From the IMG/VR virus record IMGVR_UViG_3300042301_003932: a DNA stretch of 64,000 nt. One strand, given 5' to 3'. This document shows positions 17,347 to 26,716 of the stretch, piece by piece. Position 1 is the stretch's first letter, and every line of letters begins with the position of its first letter. The notes beneath the pieces were generated by a model. That model was not told the DNA's origin, searched no databases, and saw only the letters and a list, made by a program, of their open reading frames with translations. Both the position numbers and the translations under genes were made by a program. Source of the DNA: a virus.

Positions 17347-18723
17347 TTACTTTTGGTCAAAAATAAAGAAGTTTCCGTCTCTTTCTGCTCTTTGTCTTAA
17401 TGCGTCAGGAATAGTTCCATCAAGTTTGCTATTTTTAATATTAATAATTGATAGTTTAGGTAATTCTGCTAAACATGCTGGTAATGGTTGTAAGTTTGGA
17501 TTATCAGGTAAAGATAAGAACTTCAACTCTTTTAAGTTACAAATACTATCAGGTATTTTAGATACACAACCAACAAGGTGTAATGCGCTTAACTGTTTAA
17601 AGTCTCCGATTCTTTCAGGTAAATCTAAATTAAATGCCTGACCTCCTCCTTTATGTGTAAATTCTAATCTTTTAATGTTTTCAGGTAATGTATCAAAGAA
17701 CTCTTCAAAACCATATAATGCAATAAATTTAGATGCTGAATCACCCGGATAATTAACAGATACTTTTTCACCATTATTTTGTGAAAGACCCATCATGAAT
17801 TGAGGTTTAAAGTATTCTCTAAGCCCTTCTTCACTATCTTGTAAAAATTTAACCAAATCAATTTGTCTATCGGCAGGGTCCATATATTGATTAGATGGGA
17901 AGTGGAATTGGTATCTTAATGCCGGTAATCCTGTTTTTTCACCAACTTCCATACTTCCTGTGAATTTTGTAGGTGAATTAGGTATTACAACATATAAAGG
18001 ACCATCTTTAATGTATCTATCAAACCAAGTAAGACCAGGTGATGATGTACACCATCTTGTTTCACCTTTTTGTGGTTCTAAATAATATCCACCATAAAAA
18101 CATGCGGCGTCTTTACCTATCTGTCCTGTATTTGAAATTTTAACAACCGTCCAATTACCAAATCTTTTAACTTCTTCAGCACCTGGATGTTGGTATGATG
18201 TTGATGCCTCTTTTTTCTCGTCAGCAGTTGCCTTAGTTTTTTCTAAACTAAAATCTTTTACTTGATCATAAAGTGTTTCAGGAGTTAACTTATTTATATC
18301 TCTATATTCTTGTGGTAATCTATTTTTAAATCTTTCAAACTTCATTAAGTCACCTGTTACTTTGTACAAGTCTTCTAAAAATAATGCCTGATATTCTTTA
18401 ATAGCTTGTTTAACCGCAGGACTATTAGGGTCTGTAATACCACTACTTAATTCAACATTAGGGTTAGTGAAGTTTTTAAGTAACCATTGGGTGTATTTAC
18501 CAATTTTTACTTTTTCCATATCTTCGGGTTTAGCGTTAATCGCCTCCATTCCTTCCGGAACTCTTGATGTTGGGTCTGCAGCAATTATTTCAAACAATAC
18601 ATGAAAAGGCATCATACCTTTTCTTGTTTCTTTGTTTGGTTTAACGTATTTGTCAAATAATACTTGGAATCTTGAGCTTTCAACAATTAAATCTCTTAAA
18701 ATACTCGTAAATCTAATAGCCAT
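17347..18723 (-). CDS. Phage protein with TRWCT domain and C-terminal leucine-rich repeats
   Basis: LPERIGDFKQLSAL, IPDSICNLKELKFLSL, LPACLAELPKLSII LRR units. Confidence 0.8.
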   Translation of the reverse strand: MAIRFTSILRDLIVESSRFQVLFDKYVKPNKETRKGMMPFHVLFEIIAADPTSRVPEGMEAINAKPEDMEKVKIGKYTQWLLKNFTNPNVELSSGITDPNSPAVKQAIKEYQALFLEDLYKVTGDLMKFERFKNRLPQEYRDINKLTPETLYDQVKDFSLEKTKATADEKKEASTSYQHPGAEEVKRFGNWTVVKISNTGQIGKDAACFYGGYYLEPQKGETRWCTSSPGLTWFDRYIKDGPLYVVIPNSPTKFTGSMEVGEKTGLPALRYQFHFPSNQYMDPADRQIDLVKFLQDSEEGLREYFKPQFMMGLSQNNGEKVSVNYPGDSASKFIALYGFEEFFDTLPENIKRLEFTHKGGGQAFNLDLPERIGDFKQLSALHLVGCVSKIPDSICNLKELKFLSLPDNPNLQPLPACLAELPKLSIINIKNSKLDGTIPDALRQRAERDGNFFIFDQK

Positions 18724-18769
18724 AATTAAAGTTTTTATTAATAAATATCACAAATATAAGAAAAATATT

Positions 18770-19609
18770 TTAATAATTCATAATCAATAACTCTTCTCCC
18801 ATATTTTGTTTTTCACCTTTCTTTGCAGAAGCGGCCTTAGCGAACTCTTTTTTAACCCAACGGTAACTATCTTCAGGAAACCATTCGTGCAATAATTCAA
18901 AATCATAATAAGATAAAGAAAATTTACCCTGAACACCATGTAGAACTTTTGCTAACCTTTCGTGATCTTGTCTATCAAAGTCGTGGTTTGAGTAATAGTT
19001 TTCTGTTTTCCAATATGGTGGATCCAAATAGATATATGTGGATGGTGAGTCGTATTTATCAATAACGTCAGAAAAATCCATGTTTTCAACATCAGTGATT
19101 TTTAAAAAGTGGTCTACCCAATCAGGTTTTGATAACTTATCTCTGAATGTTAGATACTTTGACTTATACTTACCTTTAAGGTCAATAAAATTAGATGTCT
19201 CGGGTTTTGATCCACTAAATACTTGCGTAAGAATATAGACGTATTTGGCGGCTACTTCATAATCACCAGGGTTTACGCTGAAACCTTGACTGAAAATTTC
19301 AGTCTGAAACCTTACAAATTGTTCTTTATACATTTCAGGAGTTACGTCAACTCCCTGTTTTTGACAATCTATTGAATTAATCGCCCTTAACAATTCAGAA
19401 GGGTTTTGTACGCACTTGAATAAATTGTAATTTAATGGATTAAAGTCGTTATAAACAACTTTCTTTAGGTTAGGGTATTGTTTTAGGTCCATGTTATAAA
19501 AACACCAATACATACCACCAAAAGTCTCTAAATAGACCTCCATATCTTTATCATAGAAAGGGACTATCCACTTTCCAATCTTACTCTTACCTCCAATATA
19601 ACTTAACAT
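18770..19609 (-). CDS. DNA adenine methyltransferase (Dam/D12 class)
   Basis: SYIGGKSK, ETFGG, YNDFN, YLDPPY. Confidence 0.92.
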   Translation of the reverse strand: MLSYIGGKSKIGKWIVPFYDKDMEVYLETFGGMYWCFYNMDLKQYPNLKKVVYNDFNPLNYNLFKCVQNPSELLRAINSIDCQKQGVDVTPEMYKEQFVRFQTEIFSQGFSVNPGDYEVAAKYVYILTQVFSGSKPETSNFIDLKGKYKSKYLTFRDKLSKPDWVDHFLKITDVENMDFSDVIDKYDSPSTYIYLDPPYWKTENYYSNHDFDRQDHERLAKVLHGVQGKFSLSYYDFELLHEWFPEDSYRWVKKEFAKAASAKKGEKQNMGEELLIMNY

Positions 19610-19668
19610 AATACAAATATAGTGTTTTAAATATTTATTTTCAAACCGAACTTAATTAAAATATAACT

Positions 19669-19830
19669 ATGAAACAAAAAAAAGCAACACAAGTTACAGG
19701 ATGTAGGACTTGTAAACAAAGATTATCAGTAACACAAAAATCATTCATTTTTTTAGGTATATTCATGTTATTTACCTCTATTTACGGAACTATAGAGTTA
19801 ATTAGAGACCTCATCTCTCTTTTGAAGTAA
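19669..19830 (+). CDS. Small membrane protein with CxxC (53 aa)
   Basis: Manually translated MKQKKATQVTGCRTCKQRLSVTQKSFIFLGIFMLFTSIYGTIELIRDLISLLK. Confidence 0.55.
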   Translation: MKQKKATQVTGCRTCKQRLSVTQKSFIFLGIFMLFTSIYGTIELIRDLISLLK

Positions 19831-20799
19831 TTCTTTAATCTTAACCCTAATATCCTGATCAATTTCACTATTTTTTTGGATTGACAGTTTTATGTAAAAA
19901 TTACCATTTCCTTGTGGTGTTTTATACCCTTTACCTGGTATTCTTAATGGTTTGTCTGAATCCAATGTTTTTGGTATTGAAATCCTTAAAGTACCTTCAG
20001 GATGTTCAATATCTATAGTATCGTCAGTGATTATATTTAATACGTCTAATTTTTTGTTATAAATTAAGTCATACCCACTTTTTTGAAAATCGGTATTTTC
20101 ATTTAAATTAATTTTTAATATTAAGTCCCCATTAGTGTTGGTACTATTTGAATAATCACCTTTACCTCTTACTCTCATAAAATCCCCATTATCTGAATTT
20201 GGTGGTATTGATACGTTAATTTTTTGTGGGTTTCTAGTTCTACCATTACCGTTACATGTACCGCAATGTTTAACAATTTTACTACCCGCACCATTACAAA
20301 CATTACAAGCCATCTGAATTTGTTGTTTAAACATTCCGGTACCAAAAATCTGATAAATAAACCCGTTACCGTTACAATTATTACAAATGTGTCTATCACC
20401 ACCAGAACCATTACAGGTTACACAATTTTCTAAAACATCTACATTAATTTCTTTTTTAACCCCAAAAAAAGATTCTACAGGTGTTATTTCTAAATTTATA
20501 ACTTTGTCAGGAGCCCTTCTTTGTTGTCTTTGTCCGTTCACCATTTGTTCAAACATACTATGTATGTCAAAACCACCACCACCCATTTCAGAAAAAGGGT
20601 TGTTACGTCTCATATTATATTCTTCTCGTTTTTTTGCATCTCCGATATTATCGTAGGCCTCAGCAATGTCTTTAAACTTTTCTTCACCTTCAGGGTTTAC
20701 ATCTGGGTGGTATTGTTTACTTAATTTTCTATAGGCCTTTTTTATTTCATCTTGTGATGAATCTTCTGAGACACCTAAAATTTCATAATAATTTTTCAT
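19798..20799 (-). CDS. dnaJ: DnaJ chaperone
   Basis: J domain with HPD, four CxxCxGxG repeats, C-terminal domain. Confidence 0.95.
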   Translation of the reverse strand: MKNYYEILGVSEDSSQDEIKKAYRKLSKQYHPDVNPEGEEKFKDIAEAYDNIGDAKKREEYNMRRNNPFSEMGGGGFDIHSMFEQMVNGQRQQRRAPDKVINLEITPVESFFGVKKEINVDVLENCVTCNGSGGDRHICNNCNGNGFIYQIFGTGMFKQQIQMACNVCNGAGSKIVKHCGTCNGNGRTRNPQKINVSIPPNSDNGDFMRVRGKGDYSNSTNTNGDLILKINLNENTDFQKSGYDLIYNKKLDVLNIITDDTIDIEHPEGTLRISIPKTLDSDKPLRIPGKGYKTPQGNGNFYIKLSIQKNSEIDQDIRVKIKELLQKRDEVSN

Positions 20800-21439
20800 G
20801 AAGCGTAACTATTTAATTGTATTATTCAAAAATAAGAAAAAAAGAAAAATTATCAATTCATATGCAACAGAAATGAATGCAAAAAAGAAATTTGATGATA
20901 TAATAAAAAATAATAAAATTGTTTTTGAAAAAGTTATAGAGAACGCAACCCCTGTTGAGTATGAGTTGGGTCTACTTACTAACACAAGTAATGTCCAAAA
21001 AAGTTTATTTATTACCGATGATCTGGGTAGAAATAATCCTGTTAATTTAGAAGATCCTGATTATGTTTTTTTAGATTTAAAAAAATACTATGTTGAGGAA
21101 AAGGTTTTTGATTGGCAAACACAAAATAAAATATCTTTTGGTGAAATAATTAACACCTACTGCAATAATACCGAACTAAAAAATATATTCACTTTACACA
21201 ATAAAATTTGTATTCAATTGGACTCAGATGTTAGTTTATTTTCATTGAAGGATAAAACGGATTCCGAAAGGCTTTTAAATAAAATTGAGGAGTATTTTTA
21301 TGAGAAAAAAAGGCTTGATGGTATTTTTGTAAGAGATGTTTCTTCAGCACAAAGGAAATGGTTATATGAGTTATTAGAAAAGAAAGGATATGACAAAAAA
21401 AGGTTATATAGATTAAAAACTACTTTTTCAAAAAGGTAA
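20798..21439 (+). CDS. Hypothetical protein
   Basis: 213-aa ORF divergent from dnaJ. Confidence 0.75.
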   Translation: MKRNYLIVLFKNKKKRKIINSYATEMNAKKKFDDIIKNNKIVFEKVIENATPVEYELGLLTNTSNVQKSLFITDDLGRNNPVNLEDPDYVFLDLKKYYVEEKVFDWQTQNKISFGEIINTYCNNTELKNIFTLHNKICIQLDSDVSLFSLKDKTDSERLLNKIEEYFYEKKRLDGIFVRDVSSAQRKWLYELLEKKGYDKKRLYRLKTTFSKR

Positions 21440-21641
21440 AATCAACACTCCCTATTGATATAACAACTTTATCTTCTTTATTTTTATTTTTAAGGTTATC
21501 CATCAAACTTAAAAAGGTGTCTTCGTCTAAAGACACCTTTATTTCAATATTACCTTCATTTAAAAACGTGTTTTCTAAAATTTCAACAGATTCGGCTAAC
21601 TTAGTTAATTGATCCCTAAAGTTTTCAATATTCTTTGCCAT
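21420..21641 (-). CDS. Hypothetical protein
   Basis: ORF in operon. Confidence 0.65.
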   Translation of the reverse strand: MAKNIENFRDQLTKLAESVEILENTFLNEGNIEIKVSLDEDTFLSLMDNLKNKNKEDKVVISIGSVDFTFLKK

Positions 21642-21823
21642 AAGGTATATTTTTTTTCAACTAAAATCGTATTCTTAATTTCTTTTGGATCCATTTTTTT
21701 AAGTTCTTCAGAAAACTTTTTTTTGTAATTTTCTGAAAAGTTTTGTATACTCTTATCTTCATCCTCTAATATTTTCAGTTGTTTCTGTAATTTCGTCAGT
21801 GAGTTCTTTTGATTCATTTTCAA
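21605..21823 (-). CDS. Hypothetical protein
   Basis: Short ORF overlapping both neighbours. Confidence 0.55.
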   Translation of the reverse strand: MKMNQKNSLTKLQKQLKILEDEDKSIQNFSENYKKKFSEELKKMDPKEIKNTILVEKKYTLWQRILKTLGIN

Positions 21824-22199
21824 TTAGTTTTGTTAATTGTTCAATATCAAACTTTAGTCCCTTTAAACTTTCAAGATTTTCATTTTCAAAAATATTTTTT
21901 AGTTCTTGGACTTTAGATTTGAATAACCTTTCTTTTTCTTCTCTTTCAATGTTTGTTTTAATAATAGCATCCACAATATTTTCAAGTTTATTTATAAGTT
22001 GTGTGTTATTTTCGCAAACAAATGATGTTATTTTAGATCCATCTCCATTATCGTTTTGAAGTATTTCAACCCCTTCTGGTATTTTCTTTAACATTATCCA
22101 TGTGCTTGGAAATGTAAGATCAAAACTTACGTAATTTTTTAATATTCTAACAGAATATAAGTATTTATTTATTTTGTTAATGAACTGTCCAAAAATCAT
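21759..22199 (-). CDS. Hypothetical protein
   Basis: 146-aa ORF. Confidence 0.75.
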   Translation of the reverse strand: MIFGQFINKINKYLYSVRILKNYVSFDLTFPSTWIMLKKIPEGVEILQNDNGDGSKITSFVCENNTQLINKLENIVDAIIKTNIEREEKERLFKSKVQELKNIFENENLESLKGLKFDIEQLTKLIENESKELTDEITETTENIRG

Positions 22200-22200
22200 G

Positions 22201-22392
22201 TTAAAAGTAAATTAAATATGAAATGATATATGATAATAAAAGACCGTATGTTAATCTTTCACCTATTGTCATTTCAAAAGGTTTAGGTGGGGTTGAGAAA
22301 AAGGCACTTATAAATGAGACGGCCAACCCTATTATTGCAATAATAGAAAATATAAATACAAACCCCGTCAATTGTGAGTATAAATTAATCAT
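22201..22392 (-). CDS. Small membrane protein
   Basis: Two hydrophobic segments. Confidence 0.65.
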   Translation of the reverse strand: MINLYSQLTGFVFIFSIIAIIGLAVSFISAFFSTPPKPFEMTIGERLTYGLLLSYIISYLIYF

Positions 22393-22570
22393 TTTTTTCT
22401 TTTTTAGTTTCTTCTAAAATTTCATTTCTAAGTTTTTGCATCAAACCTTTAAGTTCTTGTGCTGCCTTTCTTGCTCTAGTACCTGCAGAATTATTCCCTT
22501 TACTATAAAATTTAGCAGTTTCAGCAGTTAAAGTTTCTGTTAATGTTTTTATTTGTTCTAAAGTTTCCAT
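22385..22570 (-). CDS. Histone H1-like (Hc1 family) small protein
   Basis: KFYSKGNNSAGTRARKAAQELK matches the Hc1-like core seen in Bacteroidota. Confidence 0.75.
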   Translation of the reverse strand: METLEQIKTLTETLTAETAKFYSKGNNSAGTRARKAAQELKGLMQKLRNEILEETKKEKND

Positions 22571-22634
22571 TTTTTTATTTATTAAAATTTATTTTAAAAA
22601 AAACTAATTATGTCTTATATAATGTCAATAGATA

Positions 22635-23132
22635 TTAAGTGTTTTTTAAAGATCTTTCAAGTGTTTTATATATATCTGTAAAAATTTCAATATCTGATTT
22701 ACTTTTCTTACTTTCATATCCAAATATTTGAACAAAAAAATCAAAAGCATTTTCTTGTCCTTTTTTATCATTCTGATTATAAAACACATCATAGAAAAGA
22801 TCCTTCAAAAATATAGTGTCTTTTTCATTGAAAAAAAATAAAACATTTTCTTTTTGAAAGTTACTTATGGTTTTTTCCCAACACCATTTTAAGTGATCTT
22901 TTTTTTGTTGTTCGGTCATACCGACTTTAGTATCATTAGAATTTTCATATTCATCCCCCAAATAAGTTTCCTCTAATAATTTTAGAAATGATACACAAAA
23001 ATCCCTAAACAACTCTGTAAGTTCTAAAGTTATGTTATTGGCTAAATACCAAGACGTTATGTCTTCTTGGGACATTGGCTTGACCAACCACTCTAAAAAT
23101 TGGTCCATATTATTATTAGTAGACATAAACAA
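22635..23132 (-). CDS. Hypothetical protein
   Basis: 165-aa ORF. Confidence 0.75.
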   Translation of the reverse strand: MFMSTNNNMDQFLEWLVKPMSQEDITSWYLANNITLELTELFRDFCVSFLKLLEETYLGDEYENSNDTKVGMTEQQKKDHLKWCWEKTISNFQKENVLFFFNEKDTIFLKDLFYDVFYNQNDKKGQENAFDFFVQIFGYESKKSKSDIEIFTDIYKTLERSLKNT

Positions 23133-23165
23133 ATAATAATACTGTTAATTTAAAAACGAAAGATA

Positions 23166-24314
23166 TTATTGTGTTTTTTTCTGATAACCAATAAGTTTTT
23201 TTATTTCCATTATATTATTTTTAACGTTTTCGTTAATTTGGAAATTTTCTTTAACTGTTTTAGTTTTTTTCTTACTTGACTTTAACATATCAATTAACTT
23301 ACTTGTTCCATCACCACTTCCTTCCCCTGTTGTGTCGTTTTTAACAGGTTGTGGGTCTTTTTGGTATGCCTTTCTTTGTAGAGCTCTTAACAAATTATCT
23401 TTTCTTATTTGATTTCTTTTCTTATTTGATGGTGTTTCTACAGCATTAGCCCACTCAGGATTGTTTCCGGTTCTAGAAGAACCTTGCAATAAATCATCCA
23501 TCCACTCTTCATTTGGGTGTATGTCGTCAAAATCAAGATTTTCAAGTCCTGCCGCAGTAAAGTTGTCAATATATTCTTGCGTGGTGTCTGAAGGGGTATA
23601 GGCATGTTTAGACATTTTAGCCAATTCACCATTACCTTTTGGGAAATGTTTAGGTTCCATTTCATAATCACCTTTTGATGCGTCTTTCAAGTAGTCTTTC
23701 ATTTTCTTAACAACATCACCTATATAATCATCATTTTGTTTTTTTGATTTTTTTTGGGCGTCTTTGAAAACGTCTTTGGTTTTAGATTTATTTTTACTGT
23801 TAGATTTTTTCTTTTCTTCAAGTATAATGTTTTCTATTATATTTATAATTTCATTTTCAGTAAAAATAAATTTCTCTCCTGTTTCATCAAGAACTAACTC
23901 ATATGACTCTTTTCTTAACATTTTAAAATCTTGACTATCTAATTTACCGTTTTTGTTCTTATCTAACTTATATTGTTTTCCATGTAATTTTTCTTCTATT
24001 TCGCCCTCAGTCATACCGCACTCCATGCATTCTCCTTCTTTCATATACCCACCACACTCACACATGTTTTCAGACCCTTCTTTCATTTCGGATTTTTTTC
24101 TTCTAATCATTGCAAAATCATTTTTATCAAGTCTACCGTTTTTGTTCTTATCTAACTTATATTGTTTTCCATGTAATTTTTCTTCTATTTCGCCCTCAGT
24201 CATACCGCACTCCATGCATTGACCTTCCATCATTCTTCCACTACATTCTGAGCACATTTTGTCTGAACCTTCAGCCATTACTCTTTTTACTATATTCATA
24301 ATTTTTCTGTCCAT
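23166..24314 (-). CDS. Protein with repeated CxEC(G) knuckles and EF-hand-like DKNKNGxLD loops
   Basis: Two copies of CMECGMTEGEIEEKLHGKQYKLDKNKNG. Confidence 0.8.
   Translation of the reverse strand: MDRKIMNIVKRVMAEGSDKMCSECSGRMMEGQCMECGMTEGEIEEKLHGKQYKLDKNKNGRLDKNDFAMIRRKKSEMKEGSENMCECGGYMKEGECMECGMTEGEIEEKLHGKQYKLDKNKNGKLDSQDFKMLRKESYELVLDETGEKFIFTENEIINIIENIILEEKKKSNSKNKSKTKDVFKDAQKKSKKQNDDYIGDVVKKMKDYLKDASKGDYEMEPKHFPKGNGELAKMSKHAYTPSDTTQEYIDNFTAAGLENLDFDDIHPNEEWMDDLLQGSSRTGNNPEWANAVETPSNKKRNQIRKDNLLRALQRKAYQKDPQPVKNDTTGEGSGDGTSKLIDMLKSSKKKTKTVKENFQINENVKNNIMEIKKLIGYQKKTQ
23945..24220. repeat. Exact 87-bp direct repeat (23945-24031 and 24134-24220), 189-bp period
   Basis: TACCGTTTTTGTTCTTATC...CTCCATGCATT occurs twice, in frame. 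Confidence 0.9.
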
Positions 24315-24334
24315 ATTAATAAATATCTTATTGT

Positions 24335-24805
24335 TTATAAATTACCAATTGTTTTATTTAATATAATCTTTTTTATCTCATCTTCTGTAAGTCCAGTCCT
24401 TAAAGACACGTTATAAATTGCTTCGGATATTGGTGAATTTTTTAAATATTTTACCGGTTTATCTTTACTATTACCCTGACTACAATACGGGAATGTTTTA
24501 CATTTTTTATCTATTTGAACAAAAGAACCTCCAGGTATTTGTGTTTTTTTCCAAGATCTACCTCCACCTTTTAAATTGTTACCTTTCATTTTAACATCTT
24601 CAAATCCAGGAGCATCATATGATCCAACTGAAGAACTACTTGTTGCCTCTTTAAATTCACCCTCAACTTTATTTTTTTTGTATTCTTTTTTTGCTTTCTT
24701 GTCATCTGAAAACATACTAAATAAAGGGGCCGAAAATCCACCGGCAGATGCTGCACCTGTAGCTTCTTTAGTTTCATTTTCTAAAATTTGTTTTTTTGTT
24801 ATCAT
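24335..24805 (-). CDS. Hypothetical protein with repeated KEAT-xxS-G-xxAP units
   Basis: KEATGAASAGGFSAP and KEATSSSSVGSYDAP. Confidence 0.75.
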   Translation of the reverse strand: MITKKQILENETKEATGAASAGGFSAPLFSMFSDDKKAKKEYKKNKVEGEFKEATSSSSVGSYDAPGFEDVKMKGNNLKGGGRSWKKTQIPGGSFVQIDKKCKTFPYCSQGNSKDKPVKYLKNSPISEAIYNVSLRTGLTEDEIKKIILNKTIGNL

Positions 24806-25218
24806 GGTGTAAAAAACTGTAAATAGGTTATTGACATTACAAAAAATCCAGCAACTATTTCAATAATAGTGTTTTTTGTTTTTAACTTATGGATATCGCT
24901 TCTTAAATTTTTATTTTCTTCACTAACTAAATTAAATTTTTCGTCTTTGAACCCGATGATTTTTTGATAAGTAGTGTCTTTTTGCTCCATAAATTTAATA
25001 ATTCCATCTTTTTTATTTATTATCAAATTAAGTGTATCAATTTCATTTTCACTTAATTTAAGTAAATCTTTAACTTTATCATAATCATTTAAATCAAGTA
25101 ATATTTTTTGCCCAACATGATAAGGAAAACATATTTCAGAGCTATCAGTTTCAGGAGTTTTTTGACCAAAAACGGTTAAAAAATTAAAAATAAAAAACAA
25201 AAGTATTATTTTTTTCAT
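24802..25218 (-). CDS. Secreted/membrane coiled-coil protein (possible spanin component)
   Basis: Signal peptide, coiled coil, C-terminal TM. Confidence 0.6.
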   Translation of the reverse strand: MKKIILLFFIFNFLTVFGQKTPETDSSEICFPYHVGQKILLDLNDYDKVKDLLKLSENEIDTLNLIINKKDGIIKFMEQKDTTYQKIIGFKDEKFNLVSEENKNLRSDIHKLKTKNTIIEIVAGFFVMSITYLQFFTP

Positions 25219-25219
25219 A

Positions 25220-25573
25220 TCAATATTTATATCTTTTTCTTAATGTACTGTCAACTTGTTTTGCTGTTAGTACCTTTATTTCATTAGCCTTTTCATCGTA
25301 ATAGTTATTAACTACTTTTTTTTGAATTCTAATATTATTGATTGATGAATCTAATTTTTCTATGTCTTTTTTATAAGAGGATATTGAATCGTTATATTTG
25401 TCTAAATTAGTATTTAAATCTTTAATTTTATTATCAATAGCGTCTAACTTATTTTGTAAATCTTTTGGGTTACTTGTGTCCTCAGTAAATGTCCTTACTA
25501 ATAAAAAAATTAAAAGTGACCCAAATATTACCATCAATATATATTTAAAATTGTTTGTTAAAAAATCTTTCAT
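25220..25573 (-). CDS. N-terminal TM plus coiled-coil protein (i-spanin-like topology)
   Basis: YILMVIFGSLLIFLLV followed by heptads. Confidence 0.6.
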   Translation of the reverse strand: MKDFLTNNFKYILMVIFGSLLIFLLVRTFTEDTSNPKDLQNKLDAIDNKIKDLNTNLDKYNDSISSYKKDIEKLDSSINNIRIQKKVVNNYYDEKANEIKVLTAKQVDSTLRKRYKY

Positions 25574-25575
25574 AA

Positions 25576-26127
25576 TTATTTTGTTTCTTCCTTCTTAAAT
25601 TGGGTTTTTCTTCTCGTTGATATGACCTTAGCCCATTTTGTTTTAAACTTTTCATAATAAGTTGTTAATTTACCGATTAACTCAGTAAGTCTTTCGTCCA
25701 ATTTAATCATGTCTCCATTAATATAAACTCCGTTTGTTTCTCCAATTGAAAAGAAAAATTCTAAATCAAAGTCAATTACTTTACCACTCCACTGTACTTC
25801 ATTTGGATAAACGTTCAAAATCCCAAAGTCAGATAAATCAGATACGTCCGCAACAAATTCATCCATAGTTTCTTGATAAGATGTTTTTTCATCTGTAGTT
25901 AGTTCTAAATCCTTTTTTTCTTTTCCGTGTAAAGTTAATAAACCGCCGGAAATTCTATAAGTTTTACTTTTATCTTTTTTTACTTTTTCTGGGTCTATTT
26001 CTTTTCCTGTGGTTTCATCACTAATATTATCTTCAATGCTTTTTGCAATGTTTAGTGGTCCAGACTGTTCCATCAACATTCTTGATTTTTTAAGTAAATT
26101 TTTTATTTCATCATATTGGTTCATCAT
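25576..26127 (-). CDS. Hypothetical protein
   Basis: 183-aa ORF. Confidence 0.75.
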   Translation of the reverse strand: MMNQYDEIKNLLKKSRMLMEQSGPLNIAKSIEDNISDETTGKEIDPEKVKKDKSKTYRISGGLLTLHGKEKKDLELTTDEKTSYQETMDEFVADVSDLSDFGILNVYPNEVQWSGKVIDFDLEFFFSIGETNGVYINGDMIKLDERLTELIGKLTTYYEKFKTKWAKVISTRRKTQFKKEETK

Positions 26128-26716
26128 TTTCTATATTTTTTTTTAAAAGTTTAAAATCAAAAGATGGGTTAACATCTCTATATATAAAGTTAAAATTACT
26201 TTTAGTGACAATTCCGTTAAAATTTTCAACCCCATCTTCTTTAACGTTGTGTCCTAAACATTTTTTTGGGATATTAAAATCATCACAAAGTTCAATTATT
26301 AGTTCGGATAACTTATTTATTTGTAATTCTTTATGTGGGTCCCAAAAAAAATAGTCTCTCCACTTTTTTTCGTACACTTCTTTTTTATAAATATCACCAA
26401 CCCAATTAACAAACGTATTATCTAAAGGATTTTTTTTGAACCATCCTAAATTTTCAATACTGATAATAATTGCGTTTTCGTCAACACTTTTTTGACCCAT
26501 GTAATTTGAATAATTTTCAGGCCTCATAATTTGATAAATTTGACCTGTTTTTTCTATTACATAGTTAGGTAAATACGGATTTTTTTTATTATATCTGTAT
26601 TTTAAAGAATTTATGTAGTTTCTAAGCGATCTTTTTGTTTCAGTTAGTATAATTTGTTTTTTTTTACTATTTGAACCTAAAGGACTAAAATCTGTTAAAT
26701 CGTAAAGATTTTCCAT
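26111..26716 (-). CDS. Amidase_2 (N-acetylmuramoyl-L-alanine amidase)-like protein, degenerate Zn site
   Basis: YVIEKTGQIYQ, IISIENLG, CLGH, DVNPSFDF match the fold; expected IxIHHT reads IILTET. Confidence 0.6.
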   Translation of the reverse strand: MENLYDLTDFSPLGSNSKKKQIILTETKRSLRNYINSLKYRYNKKNPYLPNYVIEKTGQIYQIMRPENYSNYMGQKSVDENAIIISIENLGWFKKNPLDNTFVNWVGDIYKKEVYEKKWRDYFFWDPHKELQINKLSELIIELCDDFNIPKKCLGHNVKEDGVENFNGIVTKSNFNFIYRDVNPSFDFKLLKKNIENDEPI

